This document shows, piece after piece, positions 14,343 to 26,600 of a DNA stretch of 64,000 nucleotides. The notes under the pieces are model-generated. The model was given only the letters and a program-made list of their open reading frames with translations, made no database searches and had not been told where the DNA came from. The DNA lies in the NCBI GenBank assembly GCA_964035545.1, contig OZ037765.1, forward strand, positions 25,543,504-25,607,503, written 5' to 3'. Numbering within the stretch: position 1 is the first letter of the stretch; each line of letters begins with the position of its first letter. The position numbers and the translations under genes were made by a program. This DNA comes from Bugula neritina. Lineage: Eukaryota; Animalia; Bryozoa.

Positions 14343-16714
14343 ATGATGGAAGAAGTTAATCAAAATGATGTACAGAGTCAACAAATGCTGAGGGGCGATG
14401 AGAAGCCTGAGCAACTATCCGAAAAAATAAATTGGGAATCAGTAGATCAATATGAACTTGAAAATGAAAATGGATCAAAAATATTGTTTGCTGATGTTTA
14501 CAAAGGTGTTCAAACAATAATCATCTTTATTAGAGTAAGTCAAATCGATCACAATTTTTGTATTAAGTCTAACCTAATAAACCGATCTGTGGGATTTTTC
14601 TGTTAATTGATATAATTCAATAAAGACTGAAAAAAATGTAAAATGTGTAAAAATAGAATTCCTATGCTAATCATTTATTGGTGTAAACTAAATAGAGCTG
14701 TTGGCTAATTTGTAGTTCCCAATTCTTTTGCAACGGCTATAATTACTAGTGTACACATGCCTTTTTAAAAATGAAGTACTTCTTAATCTCCTTAATGTTG
14801 TGATGAAAATTAACTAGATCTAAGTTCTAAAATTACTGACCATTTTGATTTGTAACGGTGTTGAAATTTTTTTTAGCAAAACTGACATTTTATGACACTG
14901 CGGTCATTAGAAATTTGTATTTGTAATTTTTTATGTTTATGTTGTTTTTTTCTAGCATTTTCTATGTTTTACGGCCAAAGAATATGTAGAAGATCTTGCA
15001 AAGATTCCTAGAGAAAAACTTGAAAGCTGTCGGATTCGCCTTGTAATCATAGGATGCGGTGATGTCAAATTCATGAAAGTAAGTTTCTGTGTATTATCTG
15101 CTGGTCTATTATAGTTGTACAGAGGATGAAATCAAAAATCAATAAAATATGTTAAAATCCGATTCTTTTAAGTGTTTGACTAAAACATGTTATATAATTA
15201 TTTTGACTAAACATGTCAACAATTGTATTTTTTGAACTAGTGTATTTGTAGTTTTATGGCAGCCAGCTTGATTCGGTTGCCTAGTCTTAAGGCCTGGCCT
15301 CACGATCGTGAGAATCACACGAAATCGTCTATTTAACACGAAAAAACATTTGTACAAGAAAATTTAAGGGAATTCAAACAAAATCATCTTCGTTGGGTGT
15401 ACACAGCGATGACGATGGACAAAAAGTCACAATCGACGATAAGCACCATTTGGTTGGGCAATAGAATTTTAGCAGCAGTTATTATTTCATTTCTACCATG
15501 TTTCTCTATTTGGCAACTTTCTGTTGTTTGTATCTCGTGCAAGACTCGTTCACGAACTATTTATTATGTGTTTCGTCCGACGAGTGTGTGGCTGGTCATA
15601 ATGAGAGGATAACTCACGAAAATCGTCACACGATTTCTTGTGATTCTCACGATCGTGAGGCCAGGCCTTTACCTTTTAGCAACAGGCAGATTTGTTTTCA
15701 TTTTTTCCTGAATAGATTTGAAGAATCTTTTGATTTTCAAATTAGATATAGGCACACATGTATGCAGTTTTTTTTTTATAAAACAGCTTAGTGTTAATTG
15801 TTGAATTATTGTAAAAAGCTAAAATATTCTTCAAAAGAATCGAATGCTACAATTATTCAAATATTTGAATTGTAAATATAACATTGTAATAAATGTTAAT
15901 ATGCGTTTCATAATTTTATTCCAATATACTATTTTGCTATTCATAAATGAAATTAATTGGTTTATACTGTAGCAATAAAGTGTAATCATTTAAAATTAGT
16001 TAGACTTGCTTACCATGCACGGGACACTTGCACTTGTATAAGTTATTTTTATATATATTTCCACAGCAATTTAGACGAGACACTGGTTATTGGGCTGAGT
16101 TTTACACAGACACCAAAATGGGTTTATATAAGTTGATGGGCTGTAAAACTACACCTGACATAGGCAACTTGTCGTCTAGTAAACATGCCAAATCGTCAGC
16201 GGTTATGGGAATTATTAAATCTGCCATTAGGTCTACAAACTTCCCTGGGGAGTGGCAAGGGGATACCAAGCAGCAGGGAGCAGCATTTATTATAGGACCA
16301 GGTAATGTAGTGGTCTGGAGAGATTAGAGTAGGTACAACATATTTTTTCAAAACTGTTTTAATTGACTTCAAAGGTAGCTTAAAAATTATCACATGATAT
16401 AAAAAATTTCTGCATTACTTTCTAAATATCTAACATTTCTGCATCTTTTCATCAAAAGTGGGAATTTTAGACAAAATAATTAATGTAAATTTACCATAAC
16501 CATGTTCAAAATTGTTTTGAAATAGTTTGTGTTTGCTGCACCAGCAATTGTTTAAAAAAACTGAATTTATTTGTGTTGTTTGATAGGTCATGATTGCCAC
16601 TTCCGTCATATTGATGCTAATAGTTCTGATCATTATCCAATCAATAAACTACTGGACCTGGTCAATATCGAGAATATCTGCTTTATGAAAGATAGTGGAG
16701 TCATTACTGTCTAG
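14343..16714 (+). CDS. PRXL2C: Peroxiredoxin-like 2C / AhpC-TSA domain protein (AAED1-like), 4 coding exons
   Basis: Exons 14343-14534, 14956-15078, 16067-16301, 16587-16714. Motifs IIIFIRHFLCFTAKEYVEDLAKIP, RLVIIGCG, WQGDTKQQGAAFIIGPG, DHYPINKLL. Confidence 0.88.
15290..15668. mobile_element. PIF/Harbinger-type (Tourist-like) MITE in PRXL2C intron 2
   Basis: ~40-bp TIR AGGCCTGGCCTCACGATCGTGAGAATCACAMGAAATCGT at both ends; 3-bp TSD TTA (15287-15289 / 15669-15671); no coding capacity. Confidence 0.9.
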
Positions 16715-18376
16715 TATATTACATTTTTATACATTCTACTGATTTTTTTACTAGACACATTTTTTACTGCTCATATGTTCTATTGTTATTTTTGAACATT
16801 ATAATGCTATCACCTGTTGGTTTTTTTATGACAATCATGTTGTTATTGATTTTTCCTCACTTTTTTATGAATTGCACTATCATTCTTTATAAGCAATATC
16901 CTTATGTTGCTGGATTGCTACTGAACTATACCATTTTCCTCTATCACAGATACTATTTTAATTTTGATTCTTTAGTAACTTGATGTTTTTATTGGTGATC
17001 ACATTTATGAATTTTCATTTCCTGATCTCTTGTATTTTATTAGCTTTAATGTTTGCTCCTGTTCAGCATTTTGTGTCTTTTAGTATTTAACTGTCTATTG
17101 AAACAAGATAGCAATGTCTGGTTTCCAGAATTGAAAAATAAAAAGCAATTGGAAAATTATTTCAAAAATGAACCTTAGAACTTGGGCTTATATTGTCAAA
17201 ATATCTTGTACAGTCTATGTGGGTTTGTGTATACTGCATATACATGTAATTTATTCATCCAAGCTAACTTGTGACTACTATTTTTAGATTATTGCTAAAA
17301 TCACTTCAGTCATGTGCCATTCTCATAAATTGGTAAGATATTATAAGCATACATACTATTTGGAAAAAAATGTAATTCTTGTTTTAGTAACATAGAAAGT
17401 TATCTTCCATATACAAAGCTGGTCATACATCACACTGGATATTAAATATCGGAAATAAATTCTATTGCAAGGAAATTAGAATAGCATAATTTTTTTCTCT
17501 CTTTAATACTATTATTGTGGATCACGTCATGTTATTAAGTATTCCAACATCTGCTGCTCATCACTTTGTTTGCAGCTCATAAAATGATAAAGCAGCTGTA
17601 TTTGCAACTGCAAGTTTATACAGAGCCCCTTTAAAACTCTTATAATGTGCATAATATCTTCAGATTGTAGGCTTGTGGATATCTGTATGTATGGTGCCTA
17701 TATGTGCATGACTTACATTCAGTGCACAATTTCCGTTACAGAAGAGTTTGCTGCTTTCATTTACATTCGATTATCTATAAAAAAAGCCAACAAGCTTTTA
17801 GCCTAGAAATCTTGAACTGCATTGAGCTCTAGAATTATCTTGTCTCGTTTTGAACTGTTAGTTACTGTTTCATAAATCAATATTTTCATCAATAACAATT
17901 AACAAAATCCCCAGAAGGCATTCCACAGTATGTAGACTATCCTATCATAAAGCATATGGTGATTATGTGATTATGCCTTTCATGGCTTATGTCTTACAGC
18001 AAAGTTAAACTGGCATGCAATGGTCAGAACTTTGATCAGTCAGAATTTGGCCAAAAGTTCCATTTTACATGCTCACTAAAATATCTATTTTTATAATTAT
18101 TTCAGTGGCTACATTACATTAACAACAGAGTTTGGTTACTGTTTAGCTTGAAGTTGTTTTCTTTCACACAGCACAGTAGATCTATTTAACCTTAGGTAAG
18201 ACAACTCTATAAAATGTGTAAAATTCCATACCTGTTCCGAATTGTACTTCAATTGTTTTGTCATCATTAAAATTAATTTTTTATTTCAAAAAACAATAAA
18301 TTATTGTTTTGTTTTTAAAAAAATATGATAAAATTAAAAAAATATTTGTGAAAGCATCTTACTTCTCCGATCAATA

Positions 18377-18434
18377 ATGCGCAACGGTGACGTAACTAGC
18401 CAATACCTGATTCAGGCCAATACCAACTGAGTCA
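18377..18434 (+). promoter_or_regulatory. Candidate FEM1 promoter: CRE-like TGACGTAA, two CCAAT boxes, AP-1 TGAGTCA
   Basis: TGACGTAA 18388-18395, CCAAT 18400-18404 and 18417-18421, TGAGTCA 18428-18434 in a CpG-containing patch ~450 bp upstream of the ATG. Confidence 0.5.
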
Positions 18435-18875
18435 TATTCATATTGATGGACATAGTGAAACTAAATGTAATATCGACATATCGTACCGTTACTAAAAAAA
18501 ATCGTTCAACTCTCTTTAGGTTTTAGTCACTAAATATGAGATCTGAAGTCTGGTGATGAAGTAGTACTTGGAAGTTTAAACAGGTTGAGATTAGTGATTA
18601 GTCATACATGATACTCGTCTCATCAGTCTGAGTGGTTTACATTGACTTTGGGTTTCAGTTGACATTGGCCTTGGGCTTGGGGGTTGGCCTTGGGTTTGAC
18701 ATTCAGTTTCACAGTTCAGTTTTAGTTTGAGTCATCATTCAGTTTCACATTAGTCATTAGTGTAACTGTAAGACCCTTGGTATTTCACTTTGTCTTAGTC
18801 TTACAGTTAGAGTTAGTGTTACTCTTGAAGCAATTAATAGTAATACGATAATAAATTTCTTAATTGGATTTGGTC

Positions 18876-21800
18876 ATGGATTGGAAAACTTCATTCTATG
18901 CAGCAGCAAGAGATGGTAATGTTAAGCAACTAAAAGATCACATTGGATCTCGAAAAAGTGATGAACTCAAATCGCTCATCAATCACAGAACAGGAGATGG
19001 GGATGGAAAGGGTGCTACACCATTAGTTATGGCAACTAAAAATGGGCACTATGAGGTAGTACAGTTTTTGATTGAACATTGTGGTGCAGATGTTGAGCTT
19101 GTAGGATCAGTTACGTTTGATGGCGAAACTATAGATGGAGCGCCCCCTCTCTGGTGCGCTGCTGCAGCAGGACACTTGGATATTGTGAAGTTTTTGATTC
19201 AGCACAATGCCAATGTAAACAATACAACAGTCACAAACTCTACGCCTCTCAGAGCAGCATGTTTCGATGGACATTTTGAAATTGTAAAATATCTCGTAGA
19301 ACGTAATGCAAATATTGAAATTGCCAATAGACACGGTCATACATGCCTTATGATATCTTGTTATAAAGGCCATTTAGATATCGTAAAGTATCTCTTAGAT
19401 ACAGGAGCTGATGTCAATAGAAAAAGTATCAAAGGTTAGTCTAAAGATCCACCTTATTTCAAGATGTTATTAAAATTGTCTTTGTAATATGCCAGACTTT
19501 AATATTATTTCTACTATTAGGATTGGTTATAATGTTGCTTGCAGTTTTACAGCTGATTCTAGGAAACATCAAAATACTGCAAAACTTTCTGATGACCCAA
19601 GTCCTTAAGTACAAAGTTACTAGATGTCTATCACCCTTGTCTTATATTCAAATTAATTTATATTTTCTTGAAAACAATTTTTTTAATTTAGTTCAATGCA
19701 AGCTAATTTAGCAATAGTAGGCTACTTTTTTGCGTGTGCACTAGTAAATTTGAGTAACCCTGAAAAAAAACTTTTAATGACTTATTCTTAATATGCTTGA
19801 ACCAAGTTATAAAAGTATCAATATAAGGCAAGGTATCAATAAAGGCAAGCAATATATTAGTTTTATCATTTCATCAACAGTTTTAATCACCTTTTAGAGC
19901 TTATATTATGAAAGACTGTTGAAAAGTACTGGTTACTGGCAAAATAAAAATCAGGGGCAGTTGGTATTGTGACTTACTTGATGGATTCCCAACATGAAAT
20001 TTTACCCAAAAGTATTGAACTCTAAACTAAGTCTAATCTGGCCAGTTGCATTTTTAAACCTAGAATAGATTTGTTCATAATCACTGCAAATGGTTATCTT
20101 GAAATGCAATATTATGTTGAGAAACATCAGTTATTAGCAAGAAAATTAAACTGATTACCGCCATCTTGTTTGTTGAGGGGTAAGCAAATCATTGTGAGTT
20201 AACAAACAATCTGTTTTTCCAATTTTAAATGTAAGTTACGGTACAAAAATTTGTATGTGGGTTTGGAAATTTGCTATGATCAGCCAAGTCATGAACATTA
20301 TATGGAAAAAATTTAATTATTATTACTCAGAAGATTGAATTTTCATTTTAAAGTTTGCTTCTTTTGTAAAAATTTATATTGTGTTAATGACTTGTCAAAT
20401 GAACTCATTCAAAAGCTAGATACATTTATTTCTAAAAATCTTTTCCAAGTTTTTAATGCTTTTGACTTTCAAATGGTACCTGTTAATCATGTGATTTGTA
20501 TTTTAGGCAATACAGCGTTACATGATTGTGCTGAGTCCGGCAGTTTGGAGATCATGGCTCTATTATTAGATCATGCTGCTAAGATGGAGAAGGATGCTTA
20601 TGGCATGACACCTCTGTTTGCAGCTGCTGTTACAGGACATACTAAAATTGTAGAGTTTCTGATACGGCGGTGAGTAATAGGATTGTCTAAAGTGTTTTGC
20701 AGTAAGCGAGATTTGGTGCAACTGTAAAGCTATGTTTATATTATTTTTAATATACCAATTCACCCTTGCCGAAATCCCATATGCTTAATGAATTAAAATC
20801 ACATTAAAATGCTAAAAAAATATTTCAATAATTGCTCAAGTTCTAAATTGGAATTTAACAAATAATGCTTTTAAGACAAATGTTTACTATGCGTAAATTT
20901 TCATTTATAATTTGTCAATTGAGATCTTCTTTGTATAAAATATTTTAGTGTATCCCTCAAAATTTTCATAGACTTTGAAATGTTTTGCGCTCTGGTCATA
21001 TATAAAATAAAGACTCAGTGAAAGATTGTTTCTTTTTGCAATGATCTTCATGCTAACTGAAAAATGGAGTGAAAATGGCAATATAAAGGAAATACTCTGT
21101 GATTACTGCTTGAAATAATATTTTTGGTAAATTTTAGAGATGAAGTTTCAAAAGTGGATAGGATTGAGGCCTTGGAGTTACTTGGTGCAACGTATGTGGA
21201 CAAGAAACGTGACATGGTTGGAGCTATCAAGTACTGGAAGCGGGCGCTAGAACTAAGGTTAGGGTTGTCTCTCATGTAATTTGCTCATTGGTTTTTTGAA
21301 AACATTTTTAAGCAGTGCTCGGCTTAGCATTTACTTTTTATATAGTTTATTTGAGCAACTTATGATATGAAGTTATGTACCCATCACTCCTAATATACAC
21401 GCAGTGATGATAGAGCTAGTTTTCCATCATATTAGGAGTTATGGCCTGGACACACTACAATATTTCCAAAATTAAAAGTGTTCATTGCTTGTGTTTCTAG
21501 TATGTTGTAAATACCAGCAGATCCTTATAAGGAATGTTCACACAGTAACCTTTAGTTGAAAGCATCATGTATTCACGTGAAAGCAACTCGCACATGTCTT
21601 GGCAAAATTTAAAACACTTTTTTATCTAAAAAATTCTAATCATTAGCCAGCTTTAATGATCAAAAAGATAAGTCAGTAAAAAAGTTATTTAAATTTTTCA
21701 GTAATAGTGTTTTTTGATAAACAATAATTGATCAGCCACTAAAATGTTTAGTTTTTGTTCCTGTTGGCAGGAGGAGATAATTTCTAAATAATTTTGGTAT

Positions 21801-22969
21801 ATGCGTTTTCAACATATCTATTTTTATATGTATTTCGTTAGTCATTTCTTTTCTTAACATAGTTCTTTGCAGTTTTCTGTTATTTATAGGAACTTTCTGT
21901 TATTTATAGGAACTTGGACCCAAACAATCCAATTGTCAAGCCTGTAGCTGCGTCAACTGTAGCAGCATATGAAGGTGCAGTAGAGATACAGAATGTTGCG
22001 CAGCTGCAGGAGTTGATAATGGACCATGACTGTATGAGAATGCAGGCACTGCTGGTTCGAGAGAGAATCCTGGGTCCTGCTCACCCAGATACCTCCTACT
22101 ACATCAGATATCGCGGTGCAGTTTATGCAGACATGGGTGACTTTGATAGATGTATTGCTCTCTGGATGTATGCCCTAGACATGCAAATGAGCAAGCTTGA
22201 TCCATTGTCACCCATGACACAGTCTTCTTTGTTATCATTTGCTGAACTTTTCAGTTTCATGATGGGCAACGATCGACGTCGTACCACCTGCATTGTTAAG
22301 TTCACTGATATTTGCCTAATATTCAGTAAGGCTATCACAGAGCTGAGTAGAGGGCAAACTGTGCTGATGAACACGGACACGCCACCTAGCGATCGAGAAA
22401 GCACTAACTACTCTCGTATTGTAACAATCATTCTCCACTTCATGTCACTTATTTGCCGTCTTGTACCAAAAATGAATGAGGAAGAAACTTTCACATTTAA
22501 AAAACTGGTTTACCAGCTTGTTAAAATGGAGCCTAAAAATTCAAATGGTCAAACTTTGCTTCATCTAGCTGTCAGCAATGATACTACTAACGTTGGCAAA
22601 TATCCTGTCTGCACATTTCCCTGCTTGGATTGTATACATTTGCTGCTAGAGCTGGATGCATCAGTGGCAAGTCTTGACCTGCACTTAAACTCTGTGCTGC
22701 ACGTTGCCTGTTCTCAAGAGAAAGCCGACAGCCGTGTTCTCTTGGCGCTGCTCACTGCAAATGCTCATATCGACTGGGTCAATGCTGAGGGCAAATGTCC
22801 ATTCGATTACCTAGCTGCGTCTCCCAAATACAAAGATTACGTCAGTGCTGTGGTACCTCAAAGCTTTACTTCCCTCACCTGCTTGGCTGCTAAGGCTGTG
22901 AAAAAATATAAGATACGCTATCGAGGCCGAATTCCTAAAGAGCTGCAACTCTTTGTCGATAGGCACTAA
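18876..22969 (+). CDS. FEM1: Protein fem-1 homolog (FEM1A/C-like CRL2 substrate receptor), 4 coding exons
   Basis: Exons 18876-19434, 20507-20669, 21138-21257, 21910-22969. Ankyrin repeats (GAPPLWCAAAAGHL, STPLRAACFDGH), TPR-like MQALLVRERILGPAHPDTSYYIRYRGAVYAD, C-terminal VHL-box-like SLTCLAAKAV..IPKELQLFVDRH. Confidence 0.95.
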
Positions 22970-23604
22970 CTCTAAATTTCTATATATAAAAGTTCATTTT
23001 ACGCTGTGGTGTGCTTATTGAGTTCCAGGGACAGTGAGATTCTTCGTGATCAGCTTTACACCATGTAACTATAACTACAATAATGGTTGCTGCTTAACAA
23101 TTATGTGTTTTGCTTCATCAGACCCAATATTATTTCATTAATACAAACTTTATTTTTGTACAACTTTAGATAAGTATAAGATATATTTTTGCGCAAAACT
23201 TTCTATGAGTGTGTTTTTTCTTGAGACAGTTCTGTTGTGTATCTAAAATAAGTAAACTTGTCTAATTTTAAGTGTTTGGTACCCTAAGGAGGTGTAATTT
23301 CACATATGAATTGGAAATTTGGGCTTCTCTGATTATATTTTTCTTTTTTCCTGAGCTTTTAAACCTGGTCTGTATTCCCATGTTTTTATTTCACAATATA
23401 CATTAAACTAGCTTGTCAATAATCAAATGATGATTTGTATGCTGTGTCGCGCACAATGAGATGTAGTAGCCTGCTAAGTATTATCATATAAATGATAAAG
23501 TCACTTTAGTTGTTATCAGACTTTTAAGATGATATTGATGTTGATAAAACTACCTAGAGACCTTAACCTTTAGTACTTGGGTTGTTGAAATTGTACGAGT
23601 CAAC

Positions 23605-26600
23605 ATGCACAGATCGGAGAAACTTTCAATAGCAGCTCTTCTTGTGTCGGTTGTAAGTCTTGCAGGCATTGGATACTTGGTTTGGTGAGGCTTTCTATAT
23701 ACTTTGGTATCTAGTTTCGCTACTGCTGTAATGTACACAATACCATGAGAGTTCAATTTAAATATACATAAAAAAACATGGTCTGGCTTTTATCGGATGC
23801 ATTTGTTGAATTTCTAAGTTAAAACTCAAATGAATTTATAGAAAACGCAATTATTACATTAAAGGTTGGAAACCATTAATGATGAGATCAATACCAACCC
23901 CTGTGCCACAGTGCCTAGCACTGTTACTACCTCACCACCTAGCACTGTGTCCTCCCCACTTCCCGAGGAGTCTATCAAACACCTGAAAATTGGGGACTTG
24001 GAAGTGGACAGAGTTTCTGGTACATTTGTATTGAGAAATACCGTCAGCAATACAACTGGGTCCTTTTCAGATTTGGCAGCAAACTACGGAGCTCTGAAAA
24101 ACTGCTCTGAGAGAATAGATAAGGTATTAACTTGCAAATGCATATATATAATTACCAACTCTACTCGGAATGATACTGTAGACTGTTGCTTGTTAATGAG
24201 TATACATATTATAGCATTCCGCCAGAAAATTTTGTATTTTTTATGCCTTTAGCTGTGTTTGAACTCATCCGATGGATTCAAAGTTGTAATACATCCATAT
24301 GAGAGTTTGTCTGCCAGTTGTTATAAAGTACAACAAAGTTATCCTACCTCAGCTCATCAACCAAACATCACAACATGCTTTGATTATGGAGATCAGCATT
24401 GGTATGGAGCGGCTGAGGTACGAATGCTGAATATGGTCAATTTCAAAACTGCATGCAATACATACTTTTGGCTAAATTTCTCTAAAGAGCAATGTATTCA
24501 CTGATTTACAATATTTCTTTTTTGTTGCAAGTTTTTTAGCGTTAAGTCGAATATCATGATTATGTGAATAGCTTTTGCAGTTAGATGGTTTCGTTGCTCA
24601 AGGTTTTATATTTCTTGGTACTTTAATGGCTACACAACAACTCAGTTGTTGGCAAAACTTTCCTAATAGCAGTTAAAGTAGCTACTCTGTATGCCGCAGG
24701 TCCACGATCAGCACTGGCCTGTAAATAAATGGTCTATTGACCTTCAAGAATTCGTCACCAGAGATCCATACTATCCTGGATATTTTGGAAGTGTTCAAGA
24801 AAGGTAAACTGTTTTGTTTCTTCCCTTAAGCCTGTATACAGGTGGTTATTTTTTGCTTATATCTTAATACCTGGGTATATATTATTGTATAGCCTCTCTG
24901 TTTAGCCTGGTTTTCTATGCTGTCTAATTTTATTAAAGTAGACCCGGCAGAGACCTGCCTCTCATATATGTCATCTTTCTAGATGTAGGCTTGGAGAATT
25001 ATAAGTTAATTTTTAGATATGTTTTTCATCACTGTTGGTGCAAAGAATTTTGAAAATATCTAATAATCCACTGCAAGGACATGACCAGCAACTTTATACC
25101 ACAAAGTATTTTAATACCTTTTTCTTTTCTGTATGAATTTTTTAGAAATTAAATAGTGAATGTTAAATGTTGAATAGAGTATAGCGCAAAGTATGATATA
25201 AACTATAGTATAAACTAGAGTATAGTAACTATATATTATTATAAATCACATGGCGCAAACTATAGTATACATTATGGTATTAGATATAGCAAATTAACTG
25301 TGTTTTTGTAGATACTGGATATCATCTGGTGGAGTGGCCATACATATACCCTTTAAAATACCACTCTTTGTCAGCATGAATTCATCCCAAGACAACAAGC
25401 TATGTTTTATATCAAGATTTCATGTGAGTATGTGCAACCTGTCCACAAATTAGCTCACTAAATAATATATAAGCTGATTGGGTAAGAAACATTGTCTGTA
25501 CCTTAGTTTTCTGACTTAATTCAGACTTACAGAATTTTTATCATAAGGAAAGTTTTGTGTGCTGAGTGTATGGTGAAGAAAAGCCTTGGACGTGATCATT
25601 TATATAAGACCATATGCTGTGTCAAGCAATAAAAGTATGACAGCCCATCAAGTGTTTGAAAGTAATTTCAAGTGGAATTGTTCCACATTAACAGCTGTTG
25701 CTTTTCTTGTTTGTAAAAGCACATGTCATGACTATACATGTAGTACTACCAAAATACGTTGCGATCTGTTAACATTAAACTTCTTATGAAAAAATATTAT
25801 TTGCCACCTTAACACTTCTCAATTTCTTCAGCAATTGCAATATTGATGTTTTTCACTAAGACGTCAGTAAGTGAAGTCAATTTAACTTCAATTTTAACTT
25901 AACACACTCTCGGATTTAATCTTATTCAACTTTTCCAATATGTTTATACGTTACTGGGCAGTAACTTACGCACTATATGATGCTGTTGAAGTTTCTCTAA
26001 GGGTGCTATTCCTGAACTTAGTTGGGAGTTGTAAACTTTCTGGCAGTACTGGAGGTTCTAGTTTAATTTATATGTAGGGTAAATTACTTTTTGCAGATCT
26101 TACCACTTTTGATGCACCTAAACCTTAGTAGCTGTCTCTCTGTAATGTTAGTTTAGAGAACTAGTTGCAGGCACAATGCTGTGTACACTTATTGTAGCAG
26201 CAGTCCCTTGACTTATAATATTGGGATCTAAGTTTGAGTAAAACAATATTTTTTCCATTGCACTTATTAGCTCTAAAGTATTTTCTTTAAATGCGAAGAG
26301 CCTCTAGATCGGGGGGGGGGTAAGTCCCCTAGATAAACATCTGCTATCTTCAAATCCAACTTTAGCCTATTATTTTAGTTTAACTTCTATCTATAGCCTG
26401 CAGCCAGAAACATAGCATAAGTGTCAGATGCTAAAAATAATGTACAATTCTTTTTTATACTCATGTCGGATCTATAATATACGGAGGCTTGTTTTTGGAG
26501 TTATCTGCCATATATTTTGCAATTTTATTGTCTCTCTTCTGATTTTAGGATTCTGTGTACCATAATATTAACAATGAAGATTTAAACCTGACTTTTGACA

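Noticed and set aside
15397-15791. Two ORFs overlapping the Harbinger MITE
   Set aside because: No transposase or Myb-like motifs; chance ORFs.
14343-16714. Possible selenoprotein form of the AhpC-like gene
   Set aside because: No in-frame TGA in the spliced CDS.
21388-21440. 11-bp inverted repeat ACTCCTAATAT / ATATTAGGAGT in FEM1 intron 3
   Set aside because: Short, single, no TSD or box motifs.
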